Below are positions 20,314 to 28,099 of a DNA stretch of 64,000 nucleotides, piece after piece (position 1 is the stretch's first letter; each line of letters opens with the position of its first letter). This stretch comes from Gammaproteobacteria bacterium (GTDB lineage: Bacteria; Pseudomonadota; Gammaproteobacteria; JABABF01), in assembly GCA_965215045.1 (NCBI GenBank), contig OZ244031.1, positions 1,386,626-1,450,625 on the forward strand, in the 5' to 3' direction. Both the position numbers and the translations under genes were made by a program. The notes under the pieces were generated by a model. It was not told where the DNA came from. It did no database searches and was given only the letters and a program-made list of their open reading frames with translations.

Positions 20314-22371
20314 TTATATCGCCGCTGCCGGGGGTGCGGCGTAGGCCAGCAGTTCCGCTTCCACGGGCGGCATCTCGGCACCGGCGGCAGCGGCGATGAT
20401 TTCGGCGCACAGCGGAACCAGGCACAGGCCGCGCCCGCCGTGTGCCAGGTTGAGATAGAGCCCGGGCACCCCGGGCACTTCCCCGGCCAGCGGTGCCCGC
20501 CCGACGCGCGTGCAGCGCACCCCGACCGTCCCCCGGCATTCCGCCGCTGCCGGTGTCTGTGCAAACAGCGCGGGAACGTGCCGGGCCAGCGTGCGCAGGT
20601 TGCGCAGGTCGCTGTCGGTCCTGGGTCCCGCCTGCGGCAGTGGCGGCTCGTGGGTTGCGCCCAGCACGTGGCACTGGTCGCCTGCGGCACCCAGGGCGGG
20701 GCTGATGTATCCCTGGTGACAGAGCACGACGCGCAGGCACCGGCTCTGTTCCGTGGCGGGGACCGCAGTGCTCTGCCCGCGCACCGCCTGCAAACCGGGG
20801 TCGTATTGCGGCAGCAGGGCATGGGCGGCATGCCCGGCGGCGACCACCGCCACATCGGCGCGCGCCAGCACCGCACCGCGCGCATCCCGCGCCACCCAGC
20901 CGGGCCGGCGGCGGCCGCCGTCTGCGCCTTCCGGTGCGAGTCGCTGTACCCACTGCCCCAGGCCCAACTCGACCCGCGCATCCGTCACCAGCGCAGTGCA
21001 CAATGCGCTGGCGCAGAGCCAACCGGCTGCGGGGTGGAACAGGCCGCCGTGACGCTGCGGGATGCCGCTCAGGGCACCCGCTTCGTCGGCGTCCACCAGG
21101 CGCAGCAATTCCGGGCAGGCCGCGTATATTTCGGCCAGCTTGTACTGCCGGCGCCGCAGCCGTTCGTTACAGCCCAGTTGCAACATGCCGCAGAATGCGC
21201 CGTCTTCCCCGGTGCTGAGCAGGCCCCGGTCGAACAGGGCGCGGTAGCTGCGCACGGCGCAGTGGTAGGCGGCCAGGCTGAAGCGCGCAGCGGGCGTGCC
21301 GGCCGGGGACAGCCCGGGATAGAGGATGCTGCAGGGTTGCGCCGATGCCTCCTGTGCGATGGCGGCATTTTTTTCCAGCAGCGTGACATCCAGGCCGCGC
21401 CGGGCCAGGGCGGCGGCAGTGGCGCAGCCTGCGAGCCCGCCGCCGATGACCAGCGCGCTGCCCGGGCGCCGGTGCCCGAACACCGGTGCTGCCGGCGGTG
21501 TGGCTACCGGTGCTGCCGGCGTTGCTGCCGACGGTGCTGCCACCGGTGCTGCCGGCGGTGTGGCCAGGGCACCGCAGAGTATGTGTTTCTTGTCGCCGTG
21601 TCCCGGTGCCTTGCGCACGCGAAAGCCGCTCTGCTCCAGCTCCAGGCGCACCCGGCTCGCGGCGGTGTAGCTGGCAAAAGTGCAGTCTGCGGTGCTGAGC
21701 TGGTGCATGCTCCGGAACAGGGACGGGGTCCACATCGCGCGATTGCGCGCCGGGGCGAAACCGTCCAGGAACCAGGCGTTGACCCGCGGTGCCGGCACCG
21801 CTGCGCGCAGTGCCTGCAGCCCCCTGGCGGCCTCATCGATCAGCAGGCTGAGCCTGGGGGCGGTGCCGTCCTGTCCCGCGGGCGGTGCGAGTTCCATGCA
21901 ATGCCAGCCCGGTGTCGGACAGCACCAGGCGCGCAGCAGGCACCGGGCCAGCGGGGCGAGTGCGGGATGGGCGTCCAGGATGCGCCGCATCTGTTCTTCA
22001 TGCAGGGGCCAGTATTCCAGGCCGATGTAATGCAGGCGCAGGGCGGGGGCACTTTGTAACTGCAGGTGCCAGGCGTTGAGAAAATTCAGGCCGCTGCCAA
22101 AACCGAGTTCGGCGATCGTGAATTCCTGTTGTGCGCCGGCCGCGTTTTGCGCCTGCCAGCGCCGGGCCAGCCGGTTGCCGTCCAGGAACACGTGCGCGCT
22201 CTCTTCCAGGGCACCGGCGCGTGAAAAATAACGATCCCGAAAGTCTGCGGAGTGCGGCATGCCGTCGGCGTCCCAGTAGAGCCTGGCGAAGCGCGGGCTG
22301 CGCCTGCCGGCACTGCGGGGGGCGACTTCTACGCCCGCCGCAGCGGATGCGTCGCCGGGCGGGCGGCCCAT
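20314..22371 (-). CDS. mnmC: Bifunctional tRNA 5-methylaminomethyl-2-thiouridine biosynthesis protein MnmC
   Basis: N-terminal SAM-MTase-like (FTIAELGFGSGLNFL) and C-terminal FAD oxidase (LVIGGGLAGCATAAALARRG) halves. Confidence 0.8.
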   Translation of the reverse strand: MGRPPGDASAAAGVEVAPRSAGRRSPRFARLYWDADGMPHSADFRDRYFSRAGALEESAHVFLDGNRLARRWQAQNAAGAQQEFTIAELGFGSGLNFLNAWHLQLQSAPALRLHYIGLEYWPLHEEQMRRILDAHPALAPLARCLLRAWCCPTPGWHCMELAPPAGQDGTAPRLSLLIDEAARGLQALRAAVPAPRVNAWFLDGFAPARNRAMWTPSLFRSMHQLSTADCTFASYTAASRVRLELEQSGFRVRKAPGHGDKKHILCGALATPPAAPVAAPSAATPAAPVATPPAAPVFGHRRPGSALVIGGGLAGCATAAALARRGLDVTLLEKNAAIAQEASAQPCSILYPGLSPAGTPAARFSLAAYHCAVRSYRALFDRGLLSTGEDGAFCGMLQLGCNERLRRRQYKLAEIYAACPELLRLVDADEAGALSGIPQRHGGLFHPAAGWLCASALCTALVTDARVELGLGQWVQRLAPEGADGGRRRPGWVARDARGAVLARADVAVVAAGHAAHALLPQYDPGLQAVRGQSTAVPATEQSRCLRVVLCHQGYISPALGAAGDQCHVLGATHEPPLPQAGPRTDSDLRNLRTLARHVPALFAQTPAAAECRGTVGVRCTRVGRAPLAGEVPGVPGLYLNLAHGGRGLCLVPLCAEIIAAAAGAEMPPVEAELLAYAAPPAAAI

Positions 22372-23309
22372 CAGGCGAGCAGCACGGAGGGAGAGAAGGA
22401 TTTCCCGGGGTTCTCCATCACCCCGGGTTGGCAGTCCACCCAGCGCAGGGTGTCCTCCAGGGTGGTTTCAGGCTTGTGCATACCGTCCTCGTACATGCGG
22501 CGTATGCACCGGTGCAGGCCTTCGCGCGGGGTCGGCGCATCTTGCACGATGTCCAGGTAGCGTCGGGTCATTGCCAGTGACATCTGCCCGGAGGCGATGG
22601 CACCCACGGAGGAATGGGTGGGATAGGCGTACACGGCGACAGAGCCCAGGGATGCGGCCATGATGCGACTCAGCGGCCCGTGCCGGCCCATGCCCATCAG
22701 GATCCAGGTGCGCGGTGTTTTCTCCTTTTTCCTGGGCTGCAGTATTCTCATCAAGTGCGCCACGATGTCCAGGGTCGGCGCCGGCATCACCGTCTTGCAC
22801 ACGCGGCTCTTTCTCCAGATGTCCGTGCGCGCGTACAGGCGTCGCGTTTCCAGTGGCAATTCAAAGATTATTTTCTTGTTGTAATTGACCGCCGGAAGAT
22901 CTTCTTCCGTGTAGTGATCGGAGATGATCATGCCCTTGTGGTGTTTCAGTGCCAGGTCGCTGGCATCATCGAGAAACTTCGCGCGCAGCTCCATATCGAT
23001 GCCATCGACCAGGGGCGTGATCTCCTGGTACAGTTCCAGGCGCTGCTCCTCGCTGCCGCGCCAGTATCCGAACTGATCGCGCATGCGAATGGTGCCCAGC
23101 AGCGGGACGTCCGGCAACCGTTCGCGCATGCGCTGAATATATTCCACCACCGCCCGGGGCCGGAGGTCCTCCAGCGTGTCCAGGCGCAGTTCAGCGATGT
23201 CCATATCCCGGTCCGGCAGGGTTTGATCCGCCCCGCTGATACTGACGATGATCTTGGGCGAGGTGTTCCTGCTGAGGTCCACTCTTCCGATATTTGGCAT
23301 GGTATGCAC
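22371..23309 (-). CDS. aroD: Type I 3-dehydroquinate dehydratase-like protein
   Basis: KIIVSISGADQT...IAELRLDTLEDL...and C-terminal ILMGMGRHGPLSRIMAASLGSVAVYA match DHQase-I (ILMGELGxxSRIL) motifs; unusually long (312 aa). Confidence 0.55.
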   Translation of the reverse strand: MHTMPNIGRVDLSRNTSPKIIVSISGADQTLPDRDMDIAELRLDTLEDLRPRAVVEYIQRMRERLPDVPLLGTIRMRDQFGYWRGSEEQRLELYQEITPLVDGIDMELRAKFLDDASDLALKHHKGMIISDHYTEEDLPAVNYNKKIIFELPLETRRLYARTDIWRKSRVCKTVMPAPTLDIVAHLMRILQPRKKEKTPRTWILMGMGRHGPLSRIMAASLGSVAVYAYPTHSSVGAIASGQMSLAMTRRYLDIVQDAPTPREGLHRCIRRMYEDGMHKPETTLEDTLRWVDCQPGVMENPGKSFSPSVLLA

Positions 23310-23365
23310 TCCCTTGGGTCAGAACTCTGATGAGTTATTTTTATCATAGCACAGCCCGCACGCAG

Positions 23366-23524
23366 CCCCGCATTCGCCGGGTGGTATCGGGCCGGGGAGC
23401 GGGTCTGGGGCCTGGGTGGTGCTGTCGGGGAGCGGGTCTGGGGCCTGGGTGGTGCTGTCGGGGGAGCGGGTCTGGGGCTTGGGTGGCACCCCGCATTCGC
23501 GGGATGGTATCGGGCCGGGGAGCA
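23366..23524 (+). repeat. Composite repeat: 33-bp unit x3 bracketed by a 32-bp direct repeat
   Basis: ccccgcattcgccgggtggtatcgggccgggg [gggagcgggtctggggcctgggtggtgctgtcg]x3 ccccgcattcgcgggatggtatcgggccgggg. Confidence 0.8.
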
Positions 23525-23605
23525 GTTTTTCAGTTGGGTCGTTTCCCGCATCCGCGGGGTGCATCCCGCTGAATAGACTAAAATGTGCCGGTCTCGCGAC
23601 GCCCG

Positions 23606-23680
23606 GGGTGGTTAGCTCAGCGGGAGAGCATCTGCTTTACAAGCAGAAGGTCGGCGGTTCAATCCCGTCACCACCCACCA
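23606..23680 (+). tRNA. tRNA-Val (anticodon TAC)
   Basis: GGGTGGTTAGCTCAGCGGGAGAGCATCTGCTTTACAAGCAGAAGGTCGGCGGTTCAATCCCGTCACCACCCACCA, near-identical in architecture to E. coli tRNA-Val(UAC). Confidence 0.85.
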
Positions 23681-23692
23681 CCAGGCAACTGC

Positions 23693-23769
23693 GGACCGGT
23701 AGTTCAGTTGGTTAGAATGCCGGCCTGTCACGCCGGAGGTCGCGGGTTCGAGTCCCGTCCGGTCCGCCA
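23693..23769 (+). tRNA. tRNA-Asp (anticodon GTC)
   Basis: GGACCGGTAGTTCAGTTGGTTAGAATGCCGGCCTGTCACGCCGGAGGTCGCGGGTTCGAGTCCCGTCCGGTCCGCCA. Confidence 0.85.
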
Positions 23770-23787
23770 GTTTTCCCGGATATTCGT

Positions 23788-24642
23788 ATGGCATCTATCT
23801 TTAAAACCATCGGTTTGCTGGGTCGTGAAGACAATTCCCGGGTGATGGAAACCCTGGCCAGCACCCGCGATTTCCTGGAACAACGCGGGGTGGAGGTCTT
23901 CAGTGCCCCGGATGCGAAAACCCTGCTGGCACAGCACTCCTGCGACCTGGTGGTGGTGGTCGGCGGCGACGGCAGCCTGCTGGGGGCCTCCCGCACCCTG
24001 GCGCGGCGCGGCGTGCCGGTGCTGGGTGTCAACCGCGGACGCTTCGGGTTTTTGACCGACCTGCTGCCCAAGAAGATGAGCGCATTGTTCAGCGAAATCC
24101 TGGAAGGCAATTACTCCGTCGAAAAGCGTTTTCTGCTGGGTGCTGAACTGGTGCGTGACGGCAAGAAACAAGGTGCCGGCGATGCCTTGAATGACGTGGT
24201 CGTCAGTTCCGGTGCCTCGGCACAGATGGTGGAGTTTGAGTTGCATATCAACGACAGTTTTGTCTACAGTCAACGTTCCGATGGCATCATCATTTCCACG
24301 CCGACCGGCTCCACTGCCTATTCCCTGTCCGCCGGCGGTCCGATCATGCATCCCCAGTTGAACGCGGTGCTGCTGGTGCCGATGTTCCCGCACACCCTGA
24401 GCGGTCGTCCGCTGATCGTGCACGGCGACAGCGAGTTGCGCATCGTGGTCGGTGAACACAACGAGTTGAAGCCGCAGCTGTTCTGCGACGGACAGGTGGA
24501 GTTGAATGTCATCGCCGGTGACGAGGTCCGAGTGAAAAAAAAGAAAAAGACCCTGCACCTGATCCATCCGCAAAACCAGGATTTTTACGCTTCCTGCCGT
24601 GACAAGCTGGGCTGGGGCAAACGACCGGACGAACAGGGCTGA
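23788..24642 (+). CDS. nadK: NAD kinase
   Basis: GGDGSLLGASRTLARRGVPVLGVNRGRFGFLTD and NDVV..TPTGSTAYSLSAGGP motifs. Confidence 0.85.
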   Translation: MASIFKTIGLLGREDNSRVMETLASTRDFLEQRGVEVFSAPDAKTLLAQHSCDLVVVVGGDGSLLGASRTLARRGVPVLGVNRGRFGFLTDLLPKKMSALFSEILEGNYSVEKRFLLGAELVRDGKKQGAGDALNDVVVSSGASAQMVEFELHINDSFVYSQRSDGIIISTPTGSTAYSLSAGGPIMHPQLNAVLLVPMFPHTLSGRPLIVHGDSELRIVVGEHNELKPQLFCDGQVELNVIAGDEVRVKKKKKTLHLIHPQNQDFYASCRDKLGWGKRPDEQG

Positions 24643-24647
24643 GCGCA

Positions 24648-25424
24648 ATGCGAAGGCAGAAGAAAAAAAACAATGAGGCGGCGAGGGCATCCCCCCCCCC
24701 CCCCCCCCCCGATCCGAGAGTCGACAGGGGGCATTCCCCGCCACCGATCAAACTGCGGCGGATTCCCGCTGAATTGATCGCCGTGTCTTCCGAGTTCCCC
24801 TGGAAAAAAATACTGCGCCGTTTCCCGGTCTGCGCCCTGTTTTTTGCGCTCTGCCTGGTCGGTGCCCTGCTGGTGCGGATGGCACAGGAATACCCGTTAT
24901 GGATTGCGCCGTGGACTTTTCCCGGCTATGCAGACCCCGTGCTTGGCCTGGCGGTGGATTTCCGGCAATTCTGGCGCCTGCTGACGCCGGCTTTTTTGCA
25001 TTTTGGCATCGCCCATCTCGCATTCAACCTGCTGGGCCTGTGGATCTTCGGTGCTCCCATCGAGGGCGGACGCGGCAGCCTGCGTTTTGCGCTGCTGCTG
25101 GTCGTCAGTGCGGTGTGCAGTCACCTGGCGCAATTCCAGGCCACGGCGGCGACCAATTTCGGCGGGCTGTCCGGTGCCGTGTATGGCCTGGTCGGCTACC
25201 TGCTGATCTGGAACCTGGGCAATGCGCACCGGGGTTTGATCGTGCATTACCCGCTGTTGGGCCTGATGCTGGTCTGGATGCTACTGGGCTTTAGCGGTTT
25301 GCTCGACCTGTTGCTGGGAATACGCATGGCGAACTTCGCCCACCTGGGCGGTTTTCTCGCCGGCGTCGCACTGGCCTTCCTGGACCGTTTCACCGATTAC
25401 CTGTCCCCACGGTTTGCGCGGTGA
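24648..25424 (+). CDS. Rhomboid-family intramembrane serine protease
   Basis: Catalytic GGLSGAVYGL (GxSG) and AHLGGFLAGV (His) motifs within 6 predicted TMs. The true start may lie downstream of the poly-C tract (e.g. GTG in ..ELIAVSSEF..). Confidence 0.65.
   Translation: MRRQKKKNNEAARASPPPPPPDPRVDRGHSPPPIKLRRIPAELIAVSSEFPWKKILRRFPVCALFFALCLVGALLVRMAQEYPLWIAPWTFPGYADPVLGLAVDFRQFWRLLTPAFLHFGIAHLAFNLLGLWIFGAPIEGGRGSLRFALLLVVSAVCSHLAQFQATAATNFGGLSGAVYGLVGYLLIWNLGNAHRGLIVHYPLLGLMLVWMLLGFSGLLDLLLGIRMANFAHLGGFLAGVALAFLDRFTDYLSPRFAR
24691..24710 (+). repeat. Homopolymeric C20 tract
   Basis: 20 consecutive cytosines; read in the 24648 frame they encode SPPPPPP. Confidence 0.9.
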
Positions 25425-26272
25425 ATCTTCTGGGCACAGACCGCCTGCGCAAGATGGAGGCGGAATACACCGACGCCGAAGTGCGTTATTTCCTGTCGCT
25501 GGATACGCGGCGGGTAGCACTGGAAACCTTGCTGGGATGCGCCTTGCGCTTGCGCCATACCGGCGCAATTTTCTGCATCGCCTGCGGCAGAAAAACCTCC
25601 CGCAGTTTTAACCAGGGCTACTGTTTTCCCTGCTTTCGCCGGCTCGCCCGCTGTGATCTCTGCGTCGTGCGTCCCGATCGCTGTCATTATCACCTGGGCA
25701 CCTGCCGGGAACCGGAATGGGGCGATGCACACTGCATGATCCCGCACTGCGTCTATCTCGCCAACACCTCGGGTCTCAAGGTCGGCCTGACACGGCGCAA
25801 CCGGGGGCCGATGCGCTGGATCGACCAGGGAGCGGTGCAGGCACTGCCGGTTATCGAGACCGACACCCGCCAGCAGGCCGGTTTCGTGGAAGTCTTGTTC
25901 AGCGAGTACGGCATTTCCGATCGCACCAACTGGCGTCGCATGCTGGCACAGCAGCCGCCCGAGCTCGATTTGCCCGCCGAGCGGGACGTTTTGTTGGCAC
26001 GGCTCATGCCGGACGTCGAAGCCCTGTGTGAACGCTTCGGCAGTGGCAGCATCCGCGCCCTGGACCGGGAGCAGACGCTGGAATTTGACTATCCCGTGCA
26101 GCATTATCCGCGCAAGGTGCGGAGCCTGAACCCGGGCAAGAAACCCGTGATCGAGGGGCGCCTGCTGGGCGTCAAGGGACAATATCTGATCCTGGATGTC
26201 GGGGTGTTGAACGTGGCCAGCTATGCCGGCTACGAGATGGAATGGAGTGCTGCGGATCAGGTGGGCTTGTAA
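25421..26272 (+). CDS. Cys-rich DUF2797-like hypothetical protein
   Basis: GTG start overlapping the rhomboid stop; conserved cysteine cluster CIACGRKT...YCFPCF...CDLCVVRPDRC typical of the DUF2797 family. Confidence 0.45.
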   Translation: MNLLGTDRLRKMEAEYTDAEVRYFLSLDTRRVALETLLGCALRLRHTGAIFCIACGRKTSRSFNQGYCFPCFRRLARCDLCVVRPDRCHYHLGTCREPEWGDAHCMIPHCVYLANTSGLKVGLTRRNRGPMRWIDQGAVQALPVIETDTRQQAGFVEVLFSEYGISDRTNWRRMLAQQPPELDLPAERDVLLARLMPDVEALCERFGSGSIRALDREQTLEFDYPVQHYPRKVRSLNPGKKPVIEGRLLGVKGQYLILDVGVLNVASYAGYEMEWSAADQVGL

Positions 26273-28098
26273 AGGGGGGGCAGGGACGCATTCCGCCGCT
26301 GAAACAGCCTGAAGCGCTTGCGCCCGGGTGCCGGCGCCCGGTGCAATGCGCGCAGTGCGGCATGCAGTCGCTCGCTTTCCCAGTCGTGAATCTCCTCCTG
26401 GTACAGACGCTGGTTCATTTCTTCCAGGGCTTGTTCCAGGTCCGGCGTCTCTGCCCGTCGGCATAGTTCGCGCAGGGTGTGCGGGGGGTTTTCGCTCCAG
26501 CGCCGGCGTCCCCAGACTAAAAGTGCATCGCGCAACTCGCGCGGGTCGCGGCGTCGGCAGGCGGCCAGGGCGTGCTCCAGGGCCTTGCGCTCCGAGTGCA
26601 GTGCCTCCAGGTGCGCCTGCTGTTGCCGTTGCCGGGCCCGCGCGTGTGTCCGATGCTCGCGCCACCAGAGCGCGGTTGACAGGAACCAGAGACCGGCCAG
26701 TGCCAGCATCAGTCCCAGCCAGGGCAGCGACGGCAGCCGGGGTCTTGCTGCGGCATCCGGTACCGGTGTTGCATCCAGTGCCAGGCGATCCACTTCACCG
26801 GCGGCGGTAATGATGCTGCTGACGCCGCCTTCCCCGGTCTGCAGCGCGGCACCCCGGGCCGGGACGACCTCCAGGCTGCGCGCCGGGAGTACCGCGGTTT
26901 GCAGTCGCTCCTCCTTCAGGTCCCACCAGGGAATGCGAATTTCCGGCAATTCAATTTTGCCCGGGCGGGTGGGAATCAGCACCACGGTGTCTTCCCGCAC
27001 GCCGATCATGCCCCGGTCTTTTTTGCGACTCTTGAAGCGCGGTTTTTCCGGGTAGATTTTCGCCCCCGGAATCTCGGCCAACGGCGGTGCCGGCAGTTGT
27101 TCGCCCAACAGGTATTCCGCCTCCATCTTGATTTTTCTCGTAATGGGCTGTCCGACTTCCAGGCCCGAGGCCAAGGTCTCACTCCATTGTTCCTGCAGGT
27201 TGAACTTTTCCGCCGGCAGCCAGATGCCGCCGGGCAGCCCTGCGGGAATCGGCAGCACCGTGACTTGCAGGGACTTGTTCCTGATCTGGATTCTCCTGCG
27301 GTTATCCGCGCGCCGGGCATTCAGCCGGGCGGAGGGAATTTTCAAGGCACCGCTCTGCTGCGGGAAAATCGCGTATTTCCACTCGTAGACCGTGTAACGC
27401 CGGCCTTCCCGTGTCCGGTGATAGTTGCGTTCGGCGATCTTGCGTACCGGGATGCTCTTGTTGAACGCCGGCTCCGTGACCCTGCCGGAAATATTAACCG
27501 CGGTGAACACCTGCACGGTATGAATCAACTGCGCCTGCACCGGCACGGTTTCCCGGTCCACCTTGCCCTCCATGAAGACATCGGGCAGCGATTTTGCCGG
27601 TGGTTTCGGCTTGGGAGCGGGCCGGGCGGCGGGGCGCTGCGCTTTCTTGGCCGGTTGCGCCGGCTGTTGCGCCGTCTGTTGCGTCGTCTGTTGCGTCGGC
27701 TGCGCCGCCGCGGGCTCGCGCACCGTGACCCGTAACGGGGCAGTGCTTTTGCCGTCGACCCTGAGCCCGGGAATCTGCAGAACGCCGCTGCGCCGGGGTT
27801 CCAGCCGGTAGCGCCAACTGCGTTGCGCCCGGCGAACGCCGTTCTGGTAGAACTGCCGGGTAGACAATGCCTGCGACAACACCTGGAAATTCCGCTCCAG
27901 CGGGCGGATATCCGGCGTCCCGGCGGGCAGGGTGTCGCCGATACTCTGCACCAGCAATTCCACGTTCTGGCGCAGTTCCAGCGTGTTGCGGTCGACGCTG
28001 GCCTGGAGTTCAAACGCCGCTTGGGCCCGCAGTGCCGGCAGCAGCCCCAACAGCAGTGCCAACAGCAGCCCCCACAGCGGGGGAAAATACCGTCGCAT
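26257..28098 (-). CDS. batD: BatD-family aerotolerance-operon protein
   Basis: Start set at MRRYFPPLWGLLLALLLG signal peptide (ATG overlaps batBC stop as ATGA); large secreted protein with C-terminal TM. Last gene of the moxR-DUF58-batABCD operon. Confidence 0.65.
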   Translation of the reverse strand: MRRYFPPLWGLLLALLLGLLPALRAQAAFELQASVDRNTLELRQNVELLVQSIGDTLPAGTPDIRPLERNFQVLSQALSTRQFYQNGVRRAQRSWRYRLEPRRSGVLQIPGLRVDGKSTAPLRVTVREPAAAQPTQQTTQQTAQQPAQPAKKAQRPAARPAPKPKPPAKSLPDVFMEGKVDRETVPVQAQLIHTVQVFTAVNISGRVTEPAFNKSIPVRKIAERNYHRTREGRRYTVYEWKYAIFPQQSGALKIPSARLNARRADNRRRIQIRNKSLQVTVLPIPAGLPGGIWLPAEKFNLQEQWSETLASGLEVGQPITRKIKMEAEYLLGEQLPAPPLAEIPGAKIYPEKPRFKSRKKDRGMIGVREDTVVLIPTRPGKIELPEIRIPWWDLKEERLQTAVLPARSLEVVPARGAALQTGEGGVSSIITAAGEVDRLALDATPVPDAAARPRLPSLPWLGLMLALAGLWFLSTALWWREHRTHARARQRQQQAHLEALHSERKALEHALAACRRRDPRELRDALLVWGRRRWSENPPHTLRELCRRAETPDLEQALEEMNQRLYQEEIHDWESERLHAALRALHRAPAPGRKRFRLFQRRNASLPPLYKPT

Positions 28099-28099
28099 C

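Noticed and set aside
17291-21022. 1243-aa version of the M16 peptidase ORF
   Set aside because: The N-terminal 247 codons overlap mnmC and are low-complexity Arg/Pro/Gly; the internal Met at 20281 aligns with the canonical M16C N-terminus.
18644-22059. Plus-strand ORFs (18644..20344, 20230..22059) opposite the peptidase and mnmC
   Set aside because: Antisense to genes with clear homology; no recognisable domains.
22946-23572. ORFs 22946..23551(-), 23319..23564(-), 23294..23572(+) over the 33-bp repeat region
   Set aside because: Repeat-driven open frames with reiterated peptide motifs (PQTRSPTAPPR); overlap the aroD start and the intergenic region.
24691-24710. Treating the C20 tract simply as a sequencing/assembly error and ignoring it
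   Set aside because: It cannot be excluded from sequence alone. I kept it as a finding because it lies at a gene start where tract length would have functional consequences, while flagging artefact as the main alternative.
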